From assembly GCF_018350175.1 (NCBI RefSeq), contig NC_058383.1, forward strand, positions 19,780,001 through 19,844,000: DNA of 64,000 nucleotides, written 5' to 3'. Of this stretch, positions 1 to 12,530 are shown piece after piece. The notes below the pieces were generated by a model, which was given only the letters and a program-made list of their open reading frames with translations, had not been told where the DNA came from and searched no databases. A program made the position numbers and the translations under genes. Position 1 is the first letter of the stretch. Every line of letters starts with the position of its first letter. This stretch comes from Felis catus (taxonomy: Eukaryota).

Positions 1-125
1 TGTGCTGACAGCTCAGAGCCTGGAGCCTGCTTCGGATTCTGTGTCTCCCTCGCTCTCTGCCCCTCCCCCACTCATACTCTGTCTTTCTCTCTCTCAAAAG
101 TAAATAAAATATTTTAAAAAATTTT
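1..125 (+). mobile_element. Can-SINE (SINEC_Fc-type), 3' part, cut by window edge
   Basis: tgtgctgacagctcagagcctggagcctgcttcggattctgtgtctccc body, (CT)n tract, A-rich tail. Confidence 0.93.
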
Positions 126-130
126 TTTAA

Positions 131-528
131 TTCCTTTGCAACCCTCCTTTATCTCTACCACCGTCCCCCCCCCCCCAAGATATATGTTAACAGTCATATT
201 CCAGACTTAACGGCCCCTGATACACATCTGAAGGGCCTCATGACTGAGGTTTTACTAAGCAGTAACAAAAGATGTTTTCCGAGCTAGCCCCTCAAGGTCC
301 TGGAAACCTTGCTTCCAAAATTCCTTAGAGACTTACACTGTCCCTAACCCCCTGCCAACCAGAAGGTGTATATATAATCAGTCACTTTTCACAACCCCAG
401 TGCAGCTCTTCCTGCCCACGGGTCCTGTCCCCGTGCTCTAATAAAATCACCTTTTTGCACCAAAGACGTCTTCAAGAATTCTTTCTCGGCCGTCAGCTCC
501 GAACCCCCATCGCCCCCAAACCCCGTCA
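131..528 (+). mobile_element. ERV solo LTR (ERV1 class, probably carnivore-specific), 3' part
   Basis: TATATATAA at 369-377, AATAAA at 440-445, terminal CA at 527-528, U3-R-U5-like layout. Confidence 0.65.
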
Positions 529-849
529 TTACGGTCACAGCTTTCTCTCTAGGACAGTAGACCCCTCCCCATTGCAATCTCCTTGCAAATAAGTCTTCCC
601 TTACTATTTCCACTTTTTTTTTTTTTTTTTTTTGTTAGTCAGTGGATGGGCAGAGACCACAGGACCCCGGGCGGGACCCCGGGCCTCTAGGAGCCCAAAC
701 AGTCTCCACAGCATAGGTCAAAAGCGATGGGAAGGCGGGACCCTCGGATTCTCTTCCATGATGATCAGGAATGCGATTGTGGCCCATAACATCAAGTAGG
801 GAATGCCACCAGATCAGGCAGAGACAAACATCCCTTTTGCCAACTTGTG

Positions 850-1260
850 TTTTCAAAACTGGCTTGTTGAGATGAATTACAGGCGCCAACGAGACGTTTT
901 CATAAAAGAAAAGAACCACAGTCTTTCACCAGGGGGCTTCACTTCCTGCCGGCTCTTTGTCAGCCCCCACCCCTCCCCCCCACCTCCCCTCATCCCAGGC
1001 AGCCTTGGAATTGGCTGTGAAGCTGACAGAACCAATTGAGTGCCGCAGAAAGGCAGGGAACAAACAAAAGGCACCATTTATGTCCGTGTTTGTGAATTTT
1101 CTCCATTTGATCAGCAGCCTGCAATTTAAATATATCCAAGTGTGCTTGGGAACATTTGTGGCTTAATTATCAGATTTATTGAAAACACACACATACAAAC
1201 AAAACTCTAAACTGGAAAACAACATTGAGCTTGGCCACAGAAGAGACATTTGACTCCAGT
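850..1260. promoter_or_regulatory. Candidate conserved non-coding element / enhancer
   Basis: Repeat-free island with CTTTGT/ACAAAAG (Sox-like), TGACAG (Meis), CACTTCCTG (ETS), TTAATTA and AGATTTATTG (homeodomain) motifs; conservation not tested. Confidence 0.45.
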
Positions 1261-2226
1261 TGCTTAAAGGTGGTGTGAAAACCTCCCACATACTGTGTTT
1301 TCCATTCACTGGATACCCGTTCGGTGCCTTCCTTTCACCTCAGCGTTGCCACCTCAGCAAGGAGCCAGCGAGCCTAAACCGACCCTGAAAGAGGAGGAAG
1401 GTAAAAGAACAAAGTGTTCTGTCGAGCGGATTCCGCCGGGGTGGAAGCAAAAAGCTGATATGAAGTCAGGCAGCCAGGAACACTCACTGCCTCTCTCAGC
1501 CTTACTGTTCTCGTCCAGGAAATGGGTATGAGAACCTATGTTCCATGTGGTGGTGAGGATTGATAGGACAGCCGTTCGTCGCCAGTCATCGCCTCTATTC
1601 CGTAGCCTGTTCCAGAATCCGTATGTTCCAATCTATCAGCACAGGTGCCCCTTCCTGTTCTGTGTCCCCAGGTCCCCCAGGGCAGTGTGGAACTTCTTGA
1701 AATACAGGTCCTTGGCCGCCACCCCTGGAGTTTTCCACGTAGCAATTCTGGAGCCACGCCCAGGATTCTGCATTTTCACTAGCTTTCCAGACAACTCAGA
1801 AGCAGATGATGACTACATTCTGCGAAAGGCAGCTCTGGGGCTCACGGATGTCTGCAACGGTGGGTGAGGCAGGTGGTGGAGGGTTCCAGAAGCTGCATAA
1901 AGCTGACCTGAGGGAGAAGCCCAGAGGCTCCTGGCCAGGCTGGGTCCTCTCTCTTGCTGTTGCACAGACCCTCCTCCGCCAGTACGTCTTTGGATTCTCG
2001 CACAAACCACTGCCCGGGCCACAGCCAGCCCAAAGATCCTGCTCAAGACAGACTCAAGCTTTGCTCCCTTACAGACGAGACACCACTACCTTCCCTTCCT
2101 CCGTGGGTCCCAGGAGGCTTTTCTCTTAAACCCTTGAAAGCCAAAGGGTTTTGTTTAGTTGCTTTGTTCGTGTTGCAAATAATGCGTTTGGGCACATATT
2201 CCAAGCGGGCCCTGGGCTAAGTGCTT

Positions 2227-2680
2227 GCACTAGTCATCCATTAGCACGAATAATGCTGCGTAACAAGCCATCCCCGACCTGAGTAGCTTACAACAGTAAG
2301 ACTACTGAGCATCTGGATGGTTTGGTCGTCTGAGTCCGACCCCGTTGGTCTTCGTGGGGCTTGCTCGTGTGAAGGTGGCCTCGCTCACATGTCTGCTGGT
2401 CAGCTGGCTGTTGGCCGGGGCAATGGAGATAAAGGTACCAGTGGTCACTCATCATGCAGGAGGCTAGCCTGGGGCTTGTTCACATGACAGTGGCAGGATT
2501 CCAAGAGAGGGGAGGAGAACTTTGAGTCTCTTGAGCCTTAGACTCATAAACGGCACAAATCATTTCTATTGCCCCAATCGAGTCACATTGTACTGGCCAA
2601 AGTACGTCATGCGGTGAGACAGATCCCAGGTGGGTGAGCAAAGAGAATCCAGCACTTGGTGAGAGGAATTTTAAGTCCTA
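2227..2680 (-). mobile_element. MLT1 (H/I/J-like) MaLR solo LTR
   Basis: aataatgctgcgtaacaa, gctcacatgtctg, aggctagcctgggcttgttcacatg and ttggccaaag-type MLT1 blocks. Confidence 0.75.
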
Positions 2681-2708
2681 GTGCAGGAGGCTCGAGCACG
2701 CATGCGCG

Positions 2709-2710
<2 letters not shown>

Positions 2711-2751
<41 letters not shown>
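2711..2751. repeat. (TG)n microsatellite
   Basis: Visible directly. Confidence 0.97.
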
Positions 2752-2753
<2 letters not shown>

Positions 2754-3789
2754 GGGGGCCATTTCGAGGCAGAAATTCTCTCCTGTTTGAGTCTGTGGGC
2801 TTGTGACCTCCTCGGCTGACAGAATAAGGCAGGGGGGACTCTGTGGAACTTTGGGGCTGGGTCACAGACGGCGATCTGGCTTCTGCTTTGTTCACCGGGA
2901 ACTCGCAGGAGCCTGGGGCTGTTATGTAAGAAATCTGACCACCCCGGGGCCTCGTCTTGGAGTCCTCCCTGCCCAGGCACTGGGCACTGGGTGAACAAGC
3001 CTCGGGAAGATTCTAGCCCCAGTGATAGGAGCCTTCCCAGCTGACCCCTGGGCATCGTGGAGCACAGACATGCCGTTCCCCACCCCCCAGAACCCACAAG
3101 CACCGTATAATGGTTATTGTGTGCTGCTAAGCTCCAGAGTGGCTCAGCCAGATGCTGGGAAGAAGAAGAACAGACACCTTGCCGTGGGGAGAGGGTGTTC
3201 CAGGCACGGAAAACGGCCCGTCAGCAGGAGGGCGGGCAGGGCAGGGGACACTACGGTGGTGGCTTCCGGCAAAGTTCCCAAAGTGTGGGTGCGCCACCTG
3301 GGGCGGGCGGCCTGCTCTTCCGTCCTGGGTTTGCTGCCTCCGGGCCCAGGGCCCCCTGTTTTTCCACCTCCGCTGCCCAGCAGACTCCTCAAGCCTGAAC
3401 GCACAGGGGACCTTGGAGCCCCGCTGCTCTACATGCTGTGGGAATTTCAGTCCAGAATGAAAGCAGGGGAGGGAGAAAGCTTGGCCCGCTGGGCTGCAGC
3501 CCGAGCTCCGATCCTTCCAGATCCTTCCGTTCCCTGCCACCCTAGACCCTGCTGCAAAGACACCTCAGCCTGGCATCCTCCGCCCTGCTGGCCCCCAGCC
3601 TCGGGTGGTTTCTGGGAGGCGCTCCCAGCCTCGTGTGTTAATCTTTCCAAAGAAGGAGGAGGAAGAAGAGAACAGTGTGTCCTGTCCTCACGCGTAGCCG
3701 ATTGTCCAAGGGGACTGGGAAGGGGGGACTGTAACACCATCATCATCATTAGGATTAGGATTAGGATTAGGATTGTTCTTGACAATAGC

Positions 3790-3940
3790 TGCCATTTCTT
3801 GAGGGTTAACCTTGAGCTGGGCGCTATATATCATTTTATCTTCACTTGTGGTCCTGAAGATAAAGATACTAAAACTCCAGTTTAAAGCGGAGGAGATGGG
3901 AACTCAGGCAGGAACCTGCCCAAGAGCGCACAGCCGGTAA
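3790..3940 (-). mobile_element. MIR fragment
   Basis: ccagtttaaagcggaggagatgggaactcagg...aacctgcccaagagcgcacagcc resembles the MIR core. Confidence 0.55.
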
Positions 3941-4384
3941 AATGTGGGGAAAGATATGGTCCCAGGTAAGTCCGACCTCAAAGCCCACGCTCTTAAACAC
4001 GGTTGGCGTGCTGTCGTACTCATGTCCCAATCCTCTACTCCTGGCTCATTGGAGAAACTGCCAGAAGCTATTCTCATTGCTCAGACCGTCGTGTTCCTTA
4101 GGAATCACACCAAACCTCAGGCACCTCGGACCTCCGGGGGGCTTACATCTAGCCGAAGAGCCAGAGGACCCTGGAGTGAAAGTAATCTGTGCTGCCCATC
4201 AGTGCCCATCAGCCACAAATGTTTTCCTGAGCCCTCCTATGTGCCAGGCACTGATAGACACCAATGGGGCTGGGGGTAAGGGTACAAAGATGAAAAAGGC
4301 ACATTTTGTATCCTCAGGGAACTTGGCACTAATAAGGGGAATAAAAATAAGGCCACCAACCCTAGCACATCTCATTGCCATGGA

Positions 4385-4880
4385 ATCGTATGCGACATCT
4401 TTTGGTTATAAATTACGGAAATCCCATTCAAAGGATCACATTTATTGACTCATGCAACAGAAAATTCCAAGGATTCATCTCTCCGGCTTCAGGCAAGGCT
4501 GGACCTAGGTGCTCGGACGATCTTGGCATCAGTGCTCGGCCTCCCTCTTCCTCTGAACTGGTTTTACTTCCAGGCAGACTTTCGTCTTATGACAGCCCCT
4601 GACAGCTCCAAATTCACATCCTTGGCAACTCCAGGGAAAACAGAGTGCCTCTTTCCTAAGAATTCTGGCAAAAGGCCCTCAGAAGACTCTCTTTCGTCTG
4701 GCTGGAGTCTCTGTGCTTTTTGCCCGAGCCCATCACCGCGTAAGGTGGATGTGATATTGCGACTGGCCGAGGCTGGGTGTGCTTCCCTTCCTGACTGAGA
4801 GTAGAGGTGGGGCAGTTCTGCTCATAGAAGCTGGGGTTCTGTTACTGGAAGAAGGGGAACAGACGCCGGGCAGGCAAAAC
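4385..4880 (-). mobile_element. MLT1K-like MaLR LTR
   Basis: atttattgactcatgcaacagaaaattcc, gcttcaggcaaggctggacctaggtgctc, gggcaggcaaaac. Confidence 0.65.
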
Positions 4881-4929
4881 CCACACGTAACCTAAGCCTT
4901 GGAGGCACAAAGACCCTTCGTGTGCGTCT

Positions 4930-5152
4930 TATCCAATACCTTCGTATCATAGATAGGAAAACCGAGAGGACCTTCACATCTCTCTCTGCCACTTGGTGGG
5001 GCCCTGACGAATCCCTTCATATCTCTGTGCCTCAGTTTCCTCCTCTCTAACGTGGTTATAAAGACATCATGGTGTCAACTGGGAGGATGAATTCATATAC
5101 ATATTGTACCCCACTTAGAACAGTGAAGCATATTAGGTGCTCAATAAACGCT
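4930..5152. mobile_element. MIR fragments
   Basis: ctctgtgcctcagtttcctcctctctaa...cacttagaacagtg...taggtgctcaataaac. Confidence 0.7.
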
Positions 5153-5849
5153 GTTCTTTCTCCCCGTGTCTCTCCCCTCTGGGATCCCTCAGAGTCATGC
5201 ATCCTGTTCTCTGCACCTCTGAAGTCCTGCCTTCACCCGTTCGCTACGATCCAGTGTGGTTGTCATTCGTTTTTACTCTCGTGGGGCTTAGCTTCTTCCA
5301 CTCAACCGAGAGTTCTTCAAGAGCAGGGACTTGTGGATCACCAGCAGCTCTTGGGGATCTCTGTGTCCACTGCCCAGCCCCTAGCGGAGCTAAAGACAGA
5401 TGTGGAGAGGAAATTGATCAATAACCAAAGTCGAAGTCGCGGACCGGTTGTTCCATTTAAGTGATGCCGCGTGACGAGCCATCACGGTGTTTAGGGACTT
5501 CATAAAATGCTTATTTTGTGCATGACTCTGCAATTTGAGCACAGCTCAGTGGGGCTGGCTTGTCTATGTTCCACTCGGTGTCCACTGAATCTGCGAGAAG
5601 GCCAGGAGCTGGGACCTCTGAAAGGCCCCCTCGCACACATCTGGCCCCTGGGCCGGGGAGACTGACAACTGGGAGGACTCAGCCGGGCAGCAAGGGCTGT
5701 GGCTCGCTGGGCATCTCTGTCTATCCGTGTGGTCTGTCTGAGTGGTCTCTTCAACAGGACGGCACCAGGGAGCTGAACTTGTGTCAGTACAAGGCAGCCG
5801 GGGTCTGCGCCCTAAGAGAGAGAGAGTACCAGGTGGAAGCTTTATTGCC

Positions 5850-7005
5850 TTTTTAAAAAACCAAACACTTGATTTTAGAATAGTGTTAGCTTTACAAAAA
5901 AAAAAATCGCTGAGATAACACGGTTCCCACGCCCAGTTTCCCACACTAACTTAGGCTAGCGTGATACATTTGTTGCAATGAATGAACCAATATGGATCCA
6001 CGTAACTTTATAACTGAAGCCCATACTTTATTCAGATTTTCATATTTTTTTAACCTGAAGTCATTTTTCTGTCCTAGGATAGAATGTGGTATCCGGGATA
6101 CCGCATTACCTTTAGCTGGCGTGTGTCCTCAGTGCCTCTTGGCTGTGACGGGTTCTCTTACTTTCCCTGTTTGGATGGCTTCGACAATTTCCAGGAGTAC
6201 TAGTGAGGCAGTAGAATGTTGGCAGAATGTTCCTCAGTGGGGATCTTTCTGATGTTTTTCTCATGATGGGGCTGGGGTGTGGGTTGGGGGGACAAAGACT
6301 ACAGAGGGGAAGGGCCCTTCTGAACGCATCCTATCAAGAGCAGGTACCATCAGCACGACCAGTCACTGTCGACGTTGATCTTGACCACTTGTCTGTGGCG
6401 GCGTTTGCTAGGTGTCCCCACTGCAAAATTACTCGTCCTTTCCTTTCTCTACATAGTACTTTTTGGAAGGAAGTCACCAGCTCTGTGCAGCCTGCACTTA
6501 GGGAGCGGGGAGTTACGCTCCACCTCCTCGAGGGCAGAGCATCTGCATAAATTATGTGGAATTCTTCTACATGGGCGATGTGTCTACCCCCCCCCCCCAT
6601 TTATTTATTTATTTATTTATACCATCGTTGGTTTGTATCAGTGTTGACCCACGGTTATTTATTTTCTACCTTGGGGTATCATCCAACAGTGCGGTATTTA
6701 TTTTGTGGCTTGAATTGCTCCAGCTTTGGCCACTGGGAGCTCTTTCAGAAGGGCTTCGCGACCCTTTCCTTCCCCCATCATTCACTGTACGTGTGTGCGT
6801 GTGCACGCGCGCGTGCGTGCACGCGTGCGCACGCGCGCACTTGCCTACCTTTTCGCACTAGATGTTCCAGGCTCGTTGCGTGTACTCCCTGCGCCGGTGC
6901 CAGCATCAGCCATTTCTCCAAGGAGCCGTGTTCCTTTTTTTGGAGAATGGTATTAGAAACCAAGATCTAGGGGCCACGCGGGCTCGGTGCTGCTGGGGTG
7001 TTAAC
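5850..7005 (-). mobile_element. Old L1 3' UTR (L1MC/L1MD-like)
   Basis: ttttagaatagtgttagctttaca, catactttattcagatttt, gatcttgaccacttg, cagctttggccactgggagctctttca, tattagaaaccaagatctagg. Confidence 0.8.
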
Positions 7006-7829
7006 ACCCCTTCTTAACATTGCCTCAGAAGTCATGGGGTTCAGTTCTGTCGTAATCACGGGCCCACTCAGAATCAAGGACACGGAATAGAAACTCCTCC
7101 ACCTCTCTGTAGAGGTCTGTCATTGTCACACTGTCGGAGCCGGTGTCATCTTCTTTGGAAAGTACCATCTGTCACAACAGTGACGCTGTTGCACGCCCGA
7201 CGATTCTCATCTTACTTAAAACATCCTTCATCCCCACTGGGTTTCTATTTGGCTTCAAAGAAACTCTTTCCACGGTTTGGTTTTGCTCGAAGATGGTTTG
7301 CTGTTACAGGGACACACCCTACATAACACTGGGTCCCCTTGTGAGCCGATCATTGCCTCCTCACTGCTCTCCTCGTCCTTTTGTTGGGATCCAGGAGAAA
7401 GTCTCAGCTTGCTGCTCTAACGTCTTTCACATACTTATGAAGCTTGCTAATTTCTTTTATTTTCTCATGTTCTGGCTCACAGCACAGCCTTCTGGGTAGA
7501 ATTTAATCCTATTGTTGTATGGACTTCACAGCTACTCTCCGCAACAGAGACATTTAGGGATAACCAGTAGGCAGGTGCACCCCCACATTTCCTGGTCCCC
7601 TTGCCGGCAGGCAGGGCCACGTGACCACCCGTGGCCAATGGGGCTGTGCGCTGAAGATTTGAAACCTGTGAGCGACCTGTCCAGCTCTGTCATTTCCTGT
7701 TAGGAGATGGCATGACTCCCTCTGCTCAGACTCTCACTGCGTGGGGGGCCCTCTGTCACCCCACATTGGTTATGCTATGTTAGGTCGTTGAACTCTTGGG
7801 ATCAACTATTATTGCTGTATTGCCTGATC

Positions 7830-8033
7830 TTTTTTTTTTTTTAACGTTTATTTATTTTTGAGACAGAGAGAGACAGAACATGAACAGGGGAGGGTCAGAG
7901 AGAGGGAGACACAGAATCTGAAACAGGCTCCAGGCTCTGAGCTGTCAGCACAGAGCCTGACGTGGGGCTTGAACTCCCGGACGGCGAGATCGTGACCTGA
8001 GCCAAAGTCAGACGCGAGCCACCCAGGCACCCC
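7830..8033 (-). mobile_element. Can-SINE
   Basis: Complete antisense body with T tail; TSD TGTATTGCCT at 7816-7825 and 8035-8044. Confidence 0.95.
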
Positions 8034-8269
8034 GTGTATTGCCTAGTTTTTCTTGACTAATACACCTTTTAAATAGGGTGAGTGATACTGGATTTTTCAT
8101 TTACATAATGAGGCAAAATTTACCCAAAAAAGTGCTTCAAGGAAAAATAGGTGAATAGTCAGACATGGTGTAAATCCTCGGGGCAAAAACGCAAATGAAA
8201 AGCATTTGGGAAAATACCGCCACTGTGTTTTTGTCTTGCTGTCGGCATGGGAACTCTGGTCTTTACTGG

Positions 8270-8780
8270 AATTGGCCAGAAAATAAATTTGTTAATTCCC
8301 ATCCGTTCCCTGTCCGTCCTGTGACTTAAATGACAACCCGCAAAACCTCTTCATTAAAGCTTATCAGTCAGAGATTACGTGCAAAGATCGGAATTTTTCA
8401 TCGGATTTTAGAGCCAAATAGCTTGCCTTTGCCTATAGTGTTCTCCAGACATTAATCAAGGGTCTAAACTTGGTGAGAGGGGGCTCTTCCAGTCTCTCTG
8501 CTCAGGGGGTCCTATTGAAAGGCACAGGCAAATAATAACTGCCTGGTGATGAGAGAACACGCAAGCACGCGGCCAAGAGGGAAGGTTGGAGTGTCATTCC
8601 AACCCAGTGGACTGAAAGCTGGGCGTGGGTGTGCCGATTAGTGAGTAATTGGGCCTTGGCACGGTGATTTGCATGTCGGAAACTGCTAAAATATTCACGT
8701 ACTTGACTGTGTCTCTTCCAATTAGATGTAATAAATGCAGATTTGGGTGACCATATGTTTTCTTTTGATGTAATGGTTTT
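8270..8780. promoter_or_regulatory. Candidate conserved non-coding element / enhancer
   Basis: Repeat-free, with many TAAT/ATTA cores, CTTATC (GATA) and octamer ATTTGCAT at 8667-8674. Confidence 0.45.
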
Positions 8781-8791
8781 AACCTTTAAGG

Positions 8792-8792
<1 letters not shown>

Positions 8793-8853
<61 letters not shown>
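8793..8853. repeat. (TG)n(CG)n(TG)n alternating purine-pyrimidine tract
   Basis: Visible directly. Confidence 0.95.
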
Positions 8854-9039
8854 GCTTTCCAGTTCTTCAGGGCTGGACTGATTGGAGGTAAGCTGGTATT
8901 TTAAGATTAGCCTATTATTAGAGATTCCTTGGGATTGAAAGAACAGACAGTATAGCTTTCTAGTGTGATTCCTCTTTTCTTCCTTCCCTCCCTCCTTCCC
9001 TCCTTCCTTTCTCCCTTTCTCTCTTAGCTAGACTCATTT

Positions 9040-9178
9040 CTCTAAGCCTCACTTTGCTCCTCTGTAAAATGGGGCTAATAATAACACCTACGAGAATTTT
9101 TGAGGAATAAAGAAGATACTACCTATGAGCCATTTGGCACAGTGTTTGGCACGTGGGGAGTGTTCAGTAAATGATAGC

Positions 9179-9218
<40 letters not shown>

Positions 9219-9385
9219 GGCTGTTTGTCTTTAGTGGGTTACTTAGCCTTTCTGAACCTCAGTTTCTCCATCTGAAAAAATGGGCTCATTCCATTCCTTA
9301 CATGAGATTATTGTGATGTGTGGTGATAGGTAGATATTATTTTTACTATATGCTCAGTGCCTGAGTGAATAAATGAATGAATGAA
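9040..9385 (+). mobile_element. Two MIR fragments separated by a (TTA)n microsatellite (9181-9218)
   Basis: tctaagcctcactttgctcctctgtaaaatgggg; tctgaacctcagtttctccatctgaaaaaatggg. Confidence 0.75.
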
Positions 9386-9443
9386 TTCTGGGATGCATCG
9401 TGTATTAGCCAGGGTAGGATTTTTACAGTAGAAACTTCCCCCA

Positions 9444-9682
9444 GGGGTGCCTTGGTGGCTCAGTCAGTTAAGCATCCAACTTCAGCTCAGGTCAGGATCT
9501 CACGGTTCGTGAGTTTGGGCCCCACATCGGGCTTTGTGCTGACAGCTCAGAGCCTGGAGCCTGTTTCAGATGCTGTGTCTCCCTCTCTCTCTGCCCCTCC
9601 CCTGATCATGCTCTGTCTCTCTCTCTTTCTCTCCCTCTCATAAATAAATAAATGTTAAAAAAAAGATTTTAATAAAAAAAAA
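9444..9682 (+). mobile_element. Can-SINE inserted in an MLT1-like LTR (~9400-9990)
   Basis: Full body; TSD AAACTTCCCCCA at 9432-9443 and 9683-9694. Confidence 0.95.
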
Positions 9683-10249
9683 AAACTTCCCCCAAGTTTC
9701 TGCCTAAAACGGTAAGTTTATTTCTCTCTCTCACCTCACCTCAACGCAATGGATACAAATGTCTGCTGCACGTACTCATTCAGGGACCTGCTCCCCTTCC
9801 AGCCGAGGCTCCACCCTCTGCAGGGGCCTCAAATGGGAGACCCATGGGTGGGAGAGATGGTGGCAGAGCTCACGTAGGCCTGACAACGGTCACTTCTGTT
9901 CTGGTTCCAGTCGCCTCTTAGTACAAACCTGGCCGCAAGAAAAGCCGGGGGGCGCCCTCACTGTGCACCCAGGACAGCAAAGGGGATGACTGTGCACCCC
10001 GGCCTGAGGTTCCCACAAACCAACTGAGGCTCAAAATAATACTGAAGGAGTCCTATTCGATGTCATACCGGGTTGACGAGCCAGGGGAAGGCTGGAAGAC
10101 CGACAGAGGAGCGAAGCACGTGTGGTGGAACAGCAGTGGGGCCCCTGCGTCTCCTTTATGGCTCTGGGTCCTGGACGCTGAAGCCACAAAGTCCCTCCCT
10201 CCGTCCTTGGCAGTTCGCTCCTTCGGAATCCATTAGCGAGCTCCGCCGT

Positions 10250-10530
10250 TGTTTTCCTGATTTCATTAAAAATGCCACCAAGACACATGCTCTGCGGTGT
10301 GCCACTTCAGTCCTAAGTGGGGCATTTTTGCTAGATGGATCGATTTTTTAAATGACAGCATCTGTTTGCTTGTACACATTTATTTATAATTCTCCCCTTG
10401 GCAATTAGAGCTGGGAAATTGGTGAGCGGTAACCAGCTGTTTGCATTAGCTGAGAAGGGAGGCAGTGATGTGATCTGTGAAGGAGCACCAAAGCCCTGGC
10501 CAGAAGCAGCCAAAATGGAACAGATGTCCT
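10250..10530. promoter_or_regulatory. Candidate conserved non-coding element / enhancer
   Basis: ATCGAT, TGACAG, E-boxes CATCTG/CAGCTG/CAGATG, TGTTTGC (Fox) and CAATTAG in a repeat-free stretch. Confidence 0.4.
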
Positions 10531-11001
10531 CAAACACACAATCCCGGGGAGGGCCTTGTGAATCACGTACACCGCCAGCCCAGAGAGACGGCGGCCGAGC
10601 TGGGTCAGCCGGAGAAGCCCGTGACAGTGGGTGGCTGCGTCCGGTCCTCTTGGGGACTCAGGGATGTTTGCGGAAGGGCAGAAGCATAGCTGAGGGGGTG
10701 GTCCTCGGCGAGCTGGCCCTTCCGATGAGTCCCCGTTGTGCCCAGGGTGAAGCCCTATTGCTCCTTTGCCCTCCCTCCCTCCTGCTCTCTTTCTGCCTCC
10801 AGCCACCCTGGCTCCTTGTGGCTCCTTGCTGCTCCTAGAACATGCCAGGTGCCCCCCCCCCCCCCCCCCCCCCCGTCCTCAGGGCCTCTGAGGCTCTGGC
10901 TTCCCCAGCCTGGAGCTCTCCTTCTCTGGGCTTTTCTCCACTGGCCTCTGTCACGTCCTTCCAGCAGCCTATGTTCCCGTGTTACCGCTCAGCACCTACC
11001 A

Positions 11002-11670
11002 CAGATGCCCCCGACATTCGATGGTCCATCTTAGGACTTTTCAACTTTACTCAGGTACGAAAGCGATACATATTTAGTAGAAACCATACTTGGGAGTTTT
11101 CAGCGTGGATCTCTCCCCCCTCTCCCACCCCCGTGACATGCAGGGCGCACCCTCGTGTGACACTAGGCAGGGGCAGTCCGTCACGTGATCTCTAGGGTCA
11201 ACCACCTGTACTCACGACCATCCTGTACCCACACGACTATTCTGTTTGTCACTTTCAAACTTTATTCAACTGGGGCGCCTGGGTGGCTCGGTCGGTTCAG
11301 CGTCCGACTTTGGCTCGGGTCGTGATCTCACCAGTCGTGGGTTCGAGCCCCGCATCGGGCTCTGCGTTGCCAGCTTGGAGCCCGCTTGGGATTCTGCTTC
11401 GGATTCTCTTTCTCCCTCTCTCTCCCTGCCCCACCCCCACTTGTGTGGGCGTGTACTCTCTCTCTCTCTCTCAAAAATAAATAAACGTTAAAAAAAAAAG
11501 AACCACATTCGATCAATTACAGGAGCTATTCAACGCTTATTTATAAAATGGGCTTTGTGTTGGGTGATTCTGCCCAAGTGTAGGGAGGCTAATGTAAGTA
11601 TTTTGAGTACATTTAAGGTAGGCTAGGCTAAGTTATGATGTTTGGTAGGTTAGGTTACATTAGGTGCTCA
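11002..11670. mobile_element. MER47/Tigger5-family TcMar DNA transposon, inserted in an L2 and interrupted by a SINE
   Basis: cagatgcccccgacattcgatgg terminus; tttagtagaaaccatact; taaggtaggctaggctaagttatgatgtttggtaggttagg. Confidence 0.8.
11272..11499 (+). mobile_element. Can-SINE
   Basis: ggggcgcctgggtggctc head, (CT)n tract, A tail. Confidence 0.95.
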
Positions 11671-11989
11671 TGATTGCAAGGACCTTGTGTCTTGTTCACT
11701 GCTGAACTGTGCCGGGCACACAGTAGGTGCTCAATAGATACCTACTGACTCCATGAGGGGATATTTCACCCGAGGTGGGGGGACACACTGCACCCTGTTA
11801 CCCTCCCTGTCTGCAATTCGGGGTGGGGGGACTCACAGAAAGCCCAGGTCACTGAGGGAGACTCCTTGGGGACAGCAGCCCTGTATTCTTGATCTCTGTA
11901 GCTCTGGAAGCCGGGTACACAGATGGTGCTCAAGGACTGGTAGTTGAATAAAGAGAGGGCTGAATGACCTGAATGACCGGTGACTGTCA

Positions 11990-12530
11990 ACGACGCTCAA
12001 GGCAAAAAAAAAAAAAAAAAAAAAAAAAAGACATCATCTAGATGTCCTTCTTTTCTTTACTCCCCCAGCAGCACCTCGCTTGCCAACTCGAGTCTCCAGT
12101 TCCTCCAGGAGCACGGTGGCCTGAGCCGCCCCCACCTCCCACCCAGATGACCGCCAACTCCAGACCCGTCCTGGCCGCTACTCTTGCGCCCCCTACAGTT
12201 TGTTCTCCGCACAGCAGACAGAGTGATCAAAAACTGTCGGTCCTGCCGTTCTCCCGCTCACCCCCCTCCGAGAGGGGCTTCTACCCATTCCCGAGGCCGG
12301 CCGCTGGGCTCCTGCGCACGGGTGTGGCCCCTCTGCCCTCCGTCGCCACGCTGGGCCACACGGGCCTCCTCGCTTCCTTTGAACATCACTTGGGAGACTT
12401 TGCGCTTGGCTCTTTTCCTCTTCCGCGATTGGTTCCAAGCTGTCTCCTGTATCTTGCAGGTGTCAATTCAAACGTCACCTCCTCGGAGAGGCCTCCCCTG
12501 ACCACCCCATCTAATCCAGTAACCAAGGCC
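11990..12530 (+). mobile_element. L2 LINE fragment
   Basis: gctcaaggcaaaa, cagagtgatc, gccacacgggcctcctcgcttcctttgaacat, tcaaacgtcacctcctcggagaggcctcccctgaccaccc. Confidence 0.75.

Noticed and set aside
3022..3885. 287-aa ORF
   Set aside because: Starts at GTG, has no recognisable domain, and runs through a (TAGGAT)n repeat and a MIR; typical GC-rich chance ORF.
9444..9520. tRNA-like A/B boxes in SINE heads throughout the window
   Set aside because: Can-SINEs are tRNA-derived; none forms a standalone tRNA gene.
12004..12029. Isolated A26 run as a retro-insertion tail
   Set aside because: No TSD or element body; it sits where L2 has a short A run (gctcaagccaaaaa), so slippage expansion is more likely.
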